IMG/VR virus record: IMGVR_UViG_3300021964_009400
Reading direction: 5' to 3' (one strand)
DNA length: 64,000 nt
Source of the DNA: a virus
Taxonomy: Duplodnaviria > Caudoviricetes
In this document: positions 27,980 to 36,558 of the stretch, piece by piece
Numbering within the stretch: the first letter of the stretch is position 1
Layout: the number at the start of each line of letters is the position of its first letter
The notes under the pieces: model-generated
Seen by the model: only the letters and a program-made list of their open reading frames with translations
Database searches by the model: none
What the model was told of the DNA's origin: nothing
Translations under genes and position numbers: made by a program

Positions 27980-28678
27980 ATGACGGTTATAGAAGCAACC
28001 TCTCCAGGTGATGCTTGGGTAAAAGTATCGAAGCATTTATTAGAAAATGGAGTAAAGGTAGGAAATCTTACAGAAGAACTCAATGTAGTTACTGAAATTA
28101 CAGAATTCAAATCAGATGATTGGTTTGATGGTCACTTCAGAGAAATAATGGGTGATGATAGAATTGATTTTGCTAAGACAGTAACCTTTCTTAAACCAGA
28201 ACAAAAGAAATCAGATAATCCATTTTTTGAAGCAGAAAAAGGATTGGATTATAAATTCATTAAAGACCATTATCATCAATCTTATTGGGGTAGAATGGTT
28301 AGTTGGAGAGGTGAATTCAATCAAGTTGAAAATGTAATTAAGATTTTAAGTAGAGGACAAGCAGTAAAAAGATGTGAACTTATTATCTTTGACCCTACTA
28401 AAGATGCAAGGAACCCTTATTCTCAACCTTGTATGTGTATGATTGATTTAAAACCAAGAAATGGTAAATTATATCTCACATCAATACTTCGTTCAAACAG
28501 AGTATCGAAATCAGGTTATGCAGATTATACTGCATTAACAGAAATGGGACATTTCCTTGCTGAACAAAGTGGATTAGAATTAGGAAAAGTAACTACACTT
28601 GCTTGTTCATGTCACATCGGTGATATGGATAATGAAAAAAAGAAAACAATTAAATTGTTAGAAGTATTAGGTAAATGA
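27980..28678 (+). CDS. Divergent thymidylate-synthase / dCMP-hydroxymethylase-family protein
   Basis: SYWGRM..W..NQVENVIKIL, catalytic PC (QPCMC), LYLTSILRSN...ADY, SCHI. Confidence 0.8.
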   Translation: MTVIEATSPGDAWVKVSKHLLENGVKVGNLTEELNVVTEITEFKSDDWFDGHFREIMGDDRIDFAKTVTFLKPEQKKSDNPFFEAEKGLDYKFIKDHYHQSYWGRMVSWRGEFNQVENVIKILSRGQAVKRCELIIFDPTKDARNPYSQPCMCMIDLKPRNGKLYLTSILRSNRVSKSGYADYTALTEMGHFLAEQSGLELGKVTTLACSCHIGDMDNEKKKTIKLLEVLGK

Positions 28679-29601
28679 AAGTACACAAATCATTTAAGTT
28701 TGAACCCAATCCAAAATGGGCATGGGATTTCAAAAAACTTTTATTAAATAGATTATCAGAAATACCAGATGATTATTCATTATCATTTTCTGCTGGTATA
28801 GATTCATCTATGTTATTATATGGTTTGATGGAGTTAGGTAAGAAACCATCTCAGTTACTTACATTTCAAGTAGAGAATCACGATACAAATGATTTAATTT
28901 ATTCTCGTAAGATTGCAAAAGGATATGGTATTCCATTACAAATTGTAAACATACCTAAAATAAATAAAGAAAGTGCATCAAAAATAATAAAAGATGTTAT
29001 TGATAGAATTGGAATATCAAGAAAAATAGATATTCAATGTTGTTATGCATATTGGTATATGTTGCATTATATTTCGACTCAACATTTAGTTGCTGGATTA
29101 TATGAGGATGTTATATATGAAACGAATGCCAAATTAAGTATTAAATATAGAGATATGTTACGAGGTAATGTTACACGAGAAGAATTTGATAAACATTATA
29201 ATGACCATCGTAGAATGTGTTATGAAGATAAAAATTTTAATGGTAATGTTCATAATCATGTATCAATTAGAAAATACATAAATTCTTTTGGAGTTACTTT
29301 AGATACACCATTGCAGACAGAAAGTATTTACAAACATTTTCAGAATGTAAATTATGAACAAACTAATTTTAAATTTGAAGATGATAAAATAAAAGAAAAG
29401 AAAAAATGGTTTGTAACTGATGTATTATTTAAAGATGAATTTGAAAGATTTGGTAATGCAAAAAACAAATCTAACTTTCATACGAAAAAAGAAAAAGGAG
29501 ATATAAATACACTTCATTGTGAAATATTTGGAGTTGAAAAGAAACAACTTATATCTCATTACAATAAAATTAAAAACGAAGTGCAACACGAATGGTTCTA
29601 A
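28675..29601 (+). CDS. Asparagine-synthetase-like PP-loop ATP pyrophosphatase (synthetase domain only)
   Basis: LSFSAGIDSS PP-loop; AGLYED (GxGAD-like); GVTLDTPL; no N-terminal Cys-Ntn glutaminase domain. Confidence 0.7.
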   Translation: MKVHKSFKFEPNPKWAWDFKKLLLNRLSEIPDDYSLSFSAGIDSSMLLYGLMELGKKPSQLLTFQVENHDTNDLIYSRKIAKGYGIPLQIVNIPKINKESASKIIKDVIDRIGISRKIDIQCCYAYWYMLHYISTQHLVAGLYEDVIYETNAKLSIKYRDMLRGNVTREEFDKHYNDHRRMCYEDKNFNGNVHNHVSIRKYINSFGVTLDTPLQTESIYKHFQNVNYEQTNFKFEDDKIKEKKKWFVTDVLFKDEFERFGNAKNKSNFHTKKEKGDINTLHCEIFGVEKKQLISHYNKIKNEVQHEWF

Positions 29602-30437
29602 CTCCGATAGAAGAATACAAAATAAAAGGAAAGACAGTTCATGTCAAAAGAGATGATTTAGTTGGGGATGGTGTGAACTATCCACGATGGGCTAAGATTG
29701 AAGGTATTAGAAAGATTATAGAATCTGATTATATCGATAAATCAAAACCACTAACACATCTCTCAGTATATGGAAGTTGGACTGGTTGGACATTATCTAA
29801 GATGTGTAAAGAGTATGGTATTGAATTTATTTCATCTTATCCAAACTCTAAAACATATCCACCTCAGATATTAGAAATCATCAAAGGTAATGGTGCAACA
29901 TTGAATCCAATGAAACCAAATATGATGAAACTACTTGAAAATAAATTGGGTGGTATTGCAAAAAAGAATGGTTGGCAACAATTACCGTATGCTTTCAATC
30001 ACCCAGCATATATAAACTATATGCAAGATAGAATGAAACAAGTTTTGGAAAAAGAAGATTTTGACCATCTTGTTGTATCAATTGGAAGTGGTGTAACTGC
30101 ATCTGGTTTGATTAGAGAATTTTTACAATATAAAGATTGGAAAGATATTCTAAAAAATAAAAGACAAGTTCATACAGTTACAATGTCATCTCTTACATCT
30201 ACTCAAAAGATTTTAAATGAAAACAAAGCAGGTGATTTAAATAATATCCACATTTATAAATCAGAATATGATTTTGATGATTTTATGGATGAAGTTACAG
30301 ATTACCCATTTGATATGAATGAATTTTGGGAGCGTAAAATGTGGTGGTGGTTAGAAAATAACATAGAGAAATTAGATGGTAAGATTCTATTTTGGAATAT
30401 AGGTGGTTCTTATAGAAAATCATTAAACTTAAAATAA
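29592..30437 (+). CDS. PLP-dependent fold-type-II enzyme (ACC deaminase / D-cysteine desulfhydrase-like)
   Basis: LTPIE..VHVKRDD...AKIE (Schiff-base Lys), HLVVSIGSGVTASGL, ILFWNIG. Confidence 0.8.
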   Translation: MVLTPIEEYKIKGKTVHVKRDDLVGDGVNYPRWAKIEGIRKIIESDYIDKSKPLTHLSVYGSWTGWTLSKMCKEYGIEFISSYPNSKTYPPQILEIIKGNGATLNPMKPNMMKLLENKLGGIAKKNGWQQLPYAFNHPAYINYMQDRMKQVLEKEDFDHLVVSIGSGVTASGLIREFLQYKDWKDILKNKRQVHTVTMSSLTSTQKILNENKAGDLNNIHIYKSEYDFDDFMDEVTDYPFDMNEFWERKMWWWLENNIEKLDGKILFWNIGGSYRKSLNLK

Positions 30438-31684
30438 TGCACGGAGGAGAAGATTACTTTGAACAATTTTATGGAATGAAACCTTATTTAGAAATAAATG
30501 AGGAAGAATGGCAAAACATAAAAGATATGTACACCAAAGATGAAGTAAAGGAAAAACTTGCAGATTTATGCATGACATATCCTCTACCTTATCAGACAGA
30601 AAAATATACAGAAGATGATTGTAGAGCAGATTATTTTAAACTAAAAGGAATTCGTTGGAACGAATTATTGATAGAAGGAAAAGAATGGTTTCAAAGACAA
30701 TCACGAGAATCTAAATACCCACTAACTTATGAAGGTAAACCTCTTTTCTTTAAAAGATACAATGTAGGAAATCTTTCAAGTAATTGGTGGCAAGAAAAAA
30801 ATAGATGGTCAATATGTTCGAGTGGTTATCCAGGTCCAGCAAGGACATGGAGAACAAGAGCATTTATGGTTACTTTAATGGGTGCTGCATATAGTTTGAA
30901 GTTAGATAAAATTGGAAAGAAAGAATTAAGATTAATGATTTCACTTCGTAAATATATTGCATCTCAACACAAACCAAATGTCACTAAATGTTTAACAGAA
31001 TTTTTTGGTTCTGAGACCATGTTAGATTTTTCCGCTGGTTGGGGAGACCGTTTATCGGGTGCTTGTGCTAGTTCAACTGTAAAACATTATGTTGGAATAG
31101 ACCCTCGTAAAGAAAATCATCCTATTTATGAACAACAAAGAGATTTTTATCAAAAACACACTTCTTTCTTTGAAAATCCAACAAAGGTAGATTTACATCA
31201 ATCACCAGCAGAAGATTTTAATTATTGGGAATACCAAGATTATTTTGATTTGGTTTTCACTTCTCCTCCTTATTTTAATGTGGAACGATATGGTGAAGAT
31301 GATACTCAAAGTTGGATAAGATATAAATCAATCCAAGCATGGAATGAATATTTTCTTCACAAAGCATTAGAAAAAATTATACCAACACTTAAAAAAGGTG
31401 GTAAGATAGCAATCAATATTGCAGATGTATATACAAGTGGAGGTGGTGGTGGAAAAGATTGGAAAGAAATAACACAACCAATGTGTGAGTTTTTAGAATC
31501 TAAAGGATTAACATATAAAGGATGTATCGGTATGGAAATGGCAAAAAGACCAAATAGTGGTGGGGCAGGTACTGTAAAAGCATCAGAACACAATGAAAAA
31601 CAATATAAAGAAGAAACCTTGAAAAGTTCAGAAGAAAATCAAGATAAAACTTTTTGTGAACCAATTTGGATATTTGAAAAATGA
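30437..31684 (+). CDS. SPPY-type SAM-dependent amino-methyltransferase (viral family)
   Basis: LRKYIASQHKP, MLDFSAGWGDR (motif I), FTSPPYF (motif IV), EPIWIF. Confidence 0.8.
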   Translation: MHGGEDYFEQFYGMKPYLEINEEEWQNIKDMYTKDEVKEKLADLCMTYPLPYQTEKYTEDDCRADYFKLKGIRWNELLIEGKEWFQRQSRESKYPLTYEGKPLFFKRYNVGNLSSNWWQEKNRWSICSSGYPGPARTWRTRAFMVTLMGAAYSLKLDKIGKKELRLMISLRKYIASQHKPNVTKCLTEFFGSETMLDFSAGWGDRLSGACASSTVKHYVGIDPRKENHPIYEQQRDFYQKHTSFFENPTKVDLHQSPAEDFNYWEYQDYFDLVFTSPPYFNVERYGEDDTQSWIRYKSIQAWNEYFLHKALEKIIPTLKKGGKIAINIADVYTSGGGGGKDWKEITQPMCEFLESKGLTYKGCIGMEMAKRPNSGGAGTVKASEHNEKQYKEETLKSSEENQDKTFCEPIWIFEK

Positions 31685-31857
31685 TAGAATTTTTTAGACA
31701 TATATTTGGATTATGTGGTGAACACTTTCACCCTAATATTTGGACTGCAATGGCAAGTTCACCTTTTATCGTAGCAACAATACATTATATTAAATGTAAA
31801 TGTGGTGGTTGGTTTACTCATAAAAAAGATTGTAAAAATTTGGATAATTCAAAATAA
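31681..31857 (+). CDS. Small Cys/His-rich hypothetical protein (58 aa, not in ORF track)
   Basis: MIEFFRHIFGLCGEHFHPNIWTAMASSPFIVATIHYIKCKCGGWFTHKKDCKNLDNSK; ATGA overlap with the methyltransferase stop. Confidence 0.55.
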   Translation: MIEFFRHIFGLCGEHFHPNIWTAMASSPFIVATIHYIKCKCGGWFTHKKDCKNLDNSK

Positions 31858-31870
31858 TTTCGTATATTTG
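31839..31870 (+). promoter_or_regulatory. Bacteroidota-type promoter for the DNA polymerase
   Basis: TTTG-N20-TATATTTG. Confidence 0.8.
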
Positions 31871-31875
31871 TACTT

Positions 31876-34392
31876 ATGTATCAAAACATTTATTACCAGA
31901 GAGAAAAAAATCTAATCCACTTGTGGGATGACCAAAGAGGATATTCATCTTTTCCTTATACACGATATGCATACGAACCTGCTGAAAGAGGAGAATATAC
32001 TTCTATCTATGGAGATAAACTTACAAAGATTTACAAGTTTAAAAAAGATGATACAAACCTTTTTGAATCAGATGTACCAGAAACTACAAGAGCTTTAGTA
32101 GATTTATATTCGGATTCCGATGAACCATCTACTGGTCATGTAATTCTCACATACGATATTGAGTGTGAAATGGAAAGTGGATTACCAGACCCACAAGAAG
32201 CAAAAAATGAAATTACTTCTATTGCACTTCATGATTCAGCTACCAATCAATATTGGGTATTGGTTATGGATAAAGATAATATTCTTGAAGAAAAAACTAC
32301 TGATAAATGTATTGTAATTCCTTTCAGAGATGAAAGAGATATGTTGATGAAATATTTGGAATTATATGAGTATATCAACCCTTCAATAGTGACGGGTTGG
32401 AATATTGATTATTTCGATACACCAATGTTATATAACAGAATTAAAAGATTATTAGGACAAAGACAAGCAAATAGATTATCACCAATCGGACAGTGTTTCT
32501 GGTCACCTTATAGAAAAAGATATTTTATGGCAGGTGTATCTTATTTGGATTATATAACATTGTATAAGAAATTTAACTATGGTGAACTTCCAAATTATCG
32601 ATTAGATACAATAGGACAAATTGAATTAGGTAGAGGTAAGATTGAGTATCAAGGAAATCTTGACCAATTATTTAAAGAAGATATTGAAAAGTTTATTGAG
32701 TACAACTTAGTAGATGTTGAGTTGGTAGTTGAATTTGATAAAAAACTTCAGTTCATTGATTTATGTAGAGGTATTACTCATGCGGGTCATGTACCTTATG
32801 AAGATTTTGTTTATTCATCAAAATATCTCGAAGGTGCATTACTATCATTCCTTAGAAGAAAAAATTTAGTTGCACCAAATAAACCTGCTGATAGACAAGA
32901 GAGAATGCAGGCGATTAGAGATAACAACGAAGAAAAGTTTATTGGGGCTTATGTAAAAGCACCAATCGTTGGAAAATATGATTGGGTATATGATTTAGAT
33001 TTAACTTCACTATATCCTTCAATCATTATGACTTTGAACATTTCACCAGAATCAAAGATTGGTAAGATTCAAGATTGGGATGCTAACAAGTTCGTTAAAG
33101 GTGAAGTTGATACTTATTATATCGGAGAGGATTCTATTTCAAAAGAAAACTTAAAAAAATACTTAGAACAATCAAAGTTTTCAGTTGCTTCTAATGGTGT
33201 TTTGTATAGAACTGATAAAGTTGGTTGTATACCTGATATTCTTAATCTTTGGTTTGACCAAAGAGTTGAGTTTAAAAATGAAATGAAAAAATATGGTAAA
33301 GCAGGTAATAAAGAAAAATATGCCTTTTACGCGAAAAGACAGTTGGTTCAAAAAATTCTACTCAACTCTCTTTATGGTGTTCTTGGTCTCCCTGCCTTTC
33401 GGTTCTATGATGTGGATAATGCGGAGGCAGTTACTACGACAGGTCAAACAGTTATTAAATCAACTGCGGATATGGGTAATATCAAATATAACAAAGAACT
33501 TAATACTCCTAATGCTGATTCTAACATTTATATTGATACTGATTCTGTATTCTTTTCCGCAGTTCCTTTGATGGACAAAAGAATCCCAAATTGGAAAGAA
33601 CAAGACCAAGATACAATTGCTGGTTATGTAAATGAGATTGCAGAAGAGATGCAAGATTACCTTAATGATTTCTACAATATACTTTCAAAAAAAGTTCTAA
33701 ATGTTGATAAAGATAAACATAGATTAGAGATTAAGAAAGAGTATGTTGCTAAAGCAGGATTGTGGATTGCAAAGAAAAGATATGCCCAATGGATTATTTC
33801 AGATAATGGTGTACCAGTAGATAAACTCGATGTAAAAGGTTTGGATGTTAAACGAAGTAGTTTCCCTAAGGCATTCCAAGAAATAATGGCAGATGTTCTT
33901 ATATCAATTCTAAGAGGACAATCGGAAGAAGAAATATCAGATAAAGTTTTGGCATTTAAAAAATCTATGATAAATCAAGATGTAGCTGTCATTGCAAAGA
34001 ATTCAGCAGTAAAAAATCTTAGAAAGTATATGCCAAAAGGTAAAAGAGAACGATTCTCTATAATGAAAGGAACACCTGCTCATGTTAAAGCTGCAATCCT
34101 TTACAATGATTGTTTACAACATTTTAATGCACCATTCAAATATGAACCAATGAAAAATGGTGATAAAGTAAAATGGGTTTACCTTAAAGATAATCCTCTT
34201 GGAATCGATGGATTAGCATTTACAGGTTATTCAGACCCACCAGAGATAGAAAAATTTATTCAAACTTATATTGACCACAATAAAATATTTGAAAGAGAAC
34301 TCAAACACAAACTACAAGATTTCTTCGATGCAATCGGTTGGGGAGATGTTGTGAGTGAACAAAGAACGGCTGAAAAGTTTTTTAGTTTTTAG
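31876..34392 (+). CDS. Family B DNA polymerase (T4 gp43-like)
   Basis: Exo TYDIECE and GWNIDYFD; DLDLTSLYPSII; KILLNSLYG; YIDTDS. Confidence 0.95.
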   Translation: MYQNIYYQREKNLIHLWDDQRGYSSFPYTRYAYEPAERGEYTSIYGDKLTKIYKFKKDDTNLFESDVPETTRALVDLYSDSDEPSTGHVILTYDIECEMESGLPDPQEAKNEITSIALHDSATNQYWVLVMDKDNILEEKTTDKCIVIPFRDERDMLMKYLELYEYINPSIVTGWNIDYFDTPMLYNRIKRLLGQRQANRLSPIGQCFWSPYRKRYFMAGVSYLDYITLYKKFNYGELPNYRLDTIGQIELGRGKIEYQGNLDQLFKEDIEKFIEYNLVDVELVVEFDKKLQFIDLCRGITHAGHVPYEDFVYSSKYLEGALLSFLRRKNLVAPNKPADRQERMQAIRDNNEEKFIGAYVKAPIVGKYDWVYDLDLTSLYPSIIMTLNISPESKIGKIQDWDANKFVKGEVDTYYIGEDSISKENLKKYLEQSKFSVASNGVLYRTDKVGCIPDILNLWFDQRVEFKNEMKKYGKAGNKEKYAFYAKRQLVQKILLNSLYGVLGLPAFRFYDVDNAEAVTTTGQTVIKSTADMGNIKYNKELNTPNADSNIYIDTDSVFFSAVPLMDKRIPNWKEQDQDTIAGYVNEIAEEMQDYLNDFYNILSKKVLNVDKDKHRLEIKKEYVAKAGLWIAKKRYAQWIISDNGVPVDKLDVKGLDVKRSSFPKAFQEIMADVLISILRGQSEEEISDKVLAFKKSMINQDVAVIAKNSAVKNLRKYMPKGKRERFSIMKGTPAHVKAAILYNDCLQHFNAPFKYEPMKNGDKVKWVYLKDNPLGIDGLAFTGYSDPPEIEKFIQTYIDHNKIFERELKHKLQDFFDAIGWGDVVSEQRTAEKFFSF

Positions 34393-34395
34393 AAT

Positions 34396-35742
34396 ATGAG
34401 ATTATTATTAGGAGATTGTTTAGATAAACTGAAAGAACTTGATGACAATAGTGTAGATAGTATTGTTACAGACCCACCTTATGGTTTATCCTTTATGGGT
34501 AAGAAATGGGATTACGATGTTCCTTCACAAGAAATCTTTGAGGAATGTTTAAGAGTATTAAAACCTGGTGGATATCTACTTTCATTCGCAGGTTCAAGAA
34601 CTTATCACAGAATGGCAGTTAGAGTAGAAGATGCAGGGTTTGAAATACGAGACCAGATAATGTGGATATATGGTAGTGGGTTTCCAAAATCACTTAATAT
34701 AGGAAAAGCAGTAGATAAAAAGAATGGTGTTAAAGGGGATGTTATTGGTACACGAAAAGTTACATCATCCGATATTGGTCAAAAGAGTGGTTGGAATGAA
34801 CTTAACACAGACAGAGGTGATTATGAATATAGAGAAATAATGAATGAATACGCGGGTTGGGGAACTGCTCTTAAACCAGCACACGAACCAATCGTTATGG
34901 CAAGAAAACCACTTTCAGAAAAAACGATAGTTGATAATGTATTAGAATGGGGAACAGGTGGAATAAACATAGATGAGAGTAGAATATTGACTACTGATAA
35001 TCTTGGTGGAGGTGCAACAAATGGTTCAGTATTAGATATTGAAGGATTTGATAGACCGTGGATGCATGATGAAGAAAAGATGAAAGAGTTTGGTGAGAAA
35101 ATGAAACAAAAAGTAGAACACGCTCAAACTCTTGGTAGATTTCCTGCAAACATAATCTTTGATGAAGAAGCTGGTAAAATCTTGGATGAACAGAGTGGTA
35201 TATCCAAATCCACAGGTGGTAGAAGTGGAAACAAAGAAGGAGTTGGTCAAAATGGAATATATGGTCAATACAACGGAGAAGTAAGAGATGAAAATCCTGG
35301 TCTTGGTGATATAGGTGGAGCATCTCGTTTCTTTTATTGTCCTAAAACATCAAAGATAGATAGGAATGAAGGATTAGAAGGTTTTGAGGAAAAGAAATCT
35401 CGTAAATGGAGAGATGATAAAGGAATGAAACTCACGGGTAGTGGTAATCCAAGAAACGAAATGAGTAAAAACTTTCACCCAACGGTCAAACCAACTGATT
35501 TAATGCTCTATCTCATTAGATTAGTGACACCGAAAGGTGGAACAACCCTTGACCCTTTTATGGGTAGTGGTTCAACAGGAAAAGCAGCAGTAAGGGGTGG
35601 GTTTGATTTCATAGGAATAGAAAGAGAAAAAGAATATATGGAGATTGCAGAAGCAAGAATTCAGTATGAAATAGATAATCCTTACAATGAAGAAAAAGGA
35701 GAAAGAATAAAAATAAATAAAAATGCAAATAAATTTTGGTAA
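34396..35742 (+). CDS. Beta-class DNA amino-methyltransferase (N6/N4)
   Basis: VTDPPY near N-terminus; HPTVKP and LDPFMGSGSTG near C-terminus. Confidence 0.92.
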   Translation: MRLLLGDCLDKLKELDDNSVDSIVTDPPYGLSFMGKKWDYDVPSQEIFEECLRVLKPGGYLLSFAGSRTYHRMAVRVEDAGFEIRDQIMWIYGSGFPKSLNIGKAVDKKNGVKGDVIGTRKVTSSDIGQKSGWNELNTDRGDYEYREIMNEYAGWGTALKPAHEPIVMARKPLSEKTIVDNVLEWGTGGINIDESRILTTDNLGGGATNGSVLDIEGFDRPWMHDEEKMKEFGEKMKQKVEHAQTLGRFPANIIFDEEAGKILDEQSGISKSTGGRSGNKEGVGQNGIYGQYNGEVRDENPGLGDIGGASRFFYCPKTSKIDRNEGLEGFEEKKSRKWRDDKGMKLTGSGNPRNEMSKNFHPTVKPTDLMLYLIRLVTPKGGTTLDPFMGSGSTGKAAVRGGFDFIGIEREKEYMEIAEARIQYEIDNPYNEEKGERIKINKNANKFW

Positions 35743-35745
35743 AAA

Positions 35746-35777
35746 TTTGGATATGTCAAAAATTATTCGTATATTTG
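35746..35777 (+). promoter_or_regulatory. Bacteroidota-type promoter
   Basis: TTTG-N20-TATATTTG. Confidence 0.8.
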
Positions 35778-35808
35778 TACAACTATAAATTTTAATTAGA
35801 ATAATAAT

Positions 35809-36534
35809 ATGGAAAAACAATCATTAAATCGCTTCGTATCGAAGTACAATCTTGCAGGTTTAGTAGAATCTGTAAAATGGGAATCTAAGGAAGGTTCTCT
35901 TACAACATCATTCATTTCAGATGATAAATCTGTTTTGGGTAGTGTTACTATGAAAGAGTTTGATAATTCAGATGCAACTTTTGGTGTATATGATACTTCA
36001 AAACTTACAAAAATGTTATCAGTATTAGGAAATGATGTTGATTTCTCAATCAATGATATTGATGGTAAACCAGTATCTTTAAAATTCAAAGATGGTTCAA
36101 CATCGGTAAATTATATGTTAGCTGATTTATCAGTTATCCCTAATGTACCTGATTTAAAACAATTACCAGAGTTTGATACTGAAATTAAATTAGATTCAAA
36201 CTTTATAAACAAATTCATCAAAGCTAAAGGTGCTTTACAAGATGAAAACAATTTTACTTTTACTTGTGGTGATGGTGAGAAAGGAAGTGGACAAATTATC
36301 TTAGGATATTCTAATATCAATACAAATAGAATTAACATTGATGTTGATTGTACTTGTTCAAAAGATAAAGTAGAACCAATTTCTTTTTCAGCAACATATC
36401 TAAAAGAGATATTAGTTGCAAATAAAGAAGCAACAGATGCTACTTTGAAAATTTCATCTCAAGGATTGGCACACATTTCATTTTCAATAGATAATTACGA
36501 ATCAAATTATTATCTTGTTGAAATCCAAAGTTAA
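35809..36534 (+). CDS. Sliding clamp (T4 gp45-like)
   Basis: 241 aa; FGVYDTSKL, NYMLADLSVI, YLKEIL, YYLV C-terminus; replication context. Confidence 0.75.
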   Translation: MEKQSLNRFVSKYNLAGLVESVKWESKEGSLTTSFISDDKSVLGSVTMKEFDNSDATFGVYDTSKLTKMLSVLGNDVDFSINDIDGKPVSLKFKDGSTSVNYMLADLSVIPNVPDLKQLPEFDTEIKLDSNFINKFIKAKGALQDENNFTFTCGDGEKGSGQIILGYSNINTNRINIDVDCTCSKDKVEPISFSATYLKEILVANKEATDATLKISSQGLAHISFSIDNYESNYYLVEIQS

Positions 36535-36558
36535 AATAATTTTACAAAATCTAATTGT

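Noticed and set aside
22743-34392. Inteins or group I introns in helicase, nrdA/nrdB or the polymerase
   Set aside because: Lengths are normal, motifs are contiguous, and there are no intein termini or split ORFs.
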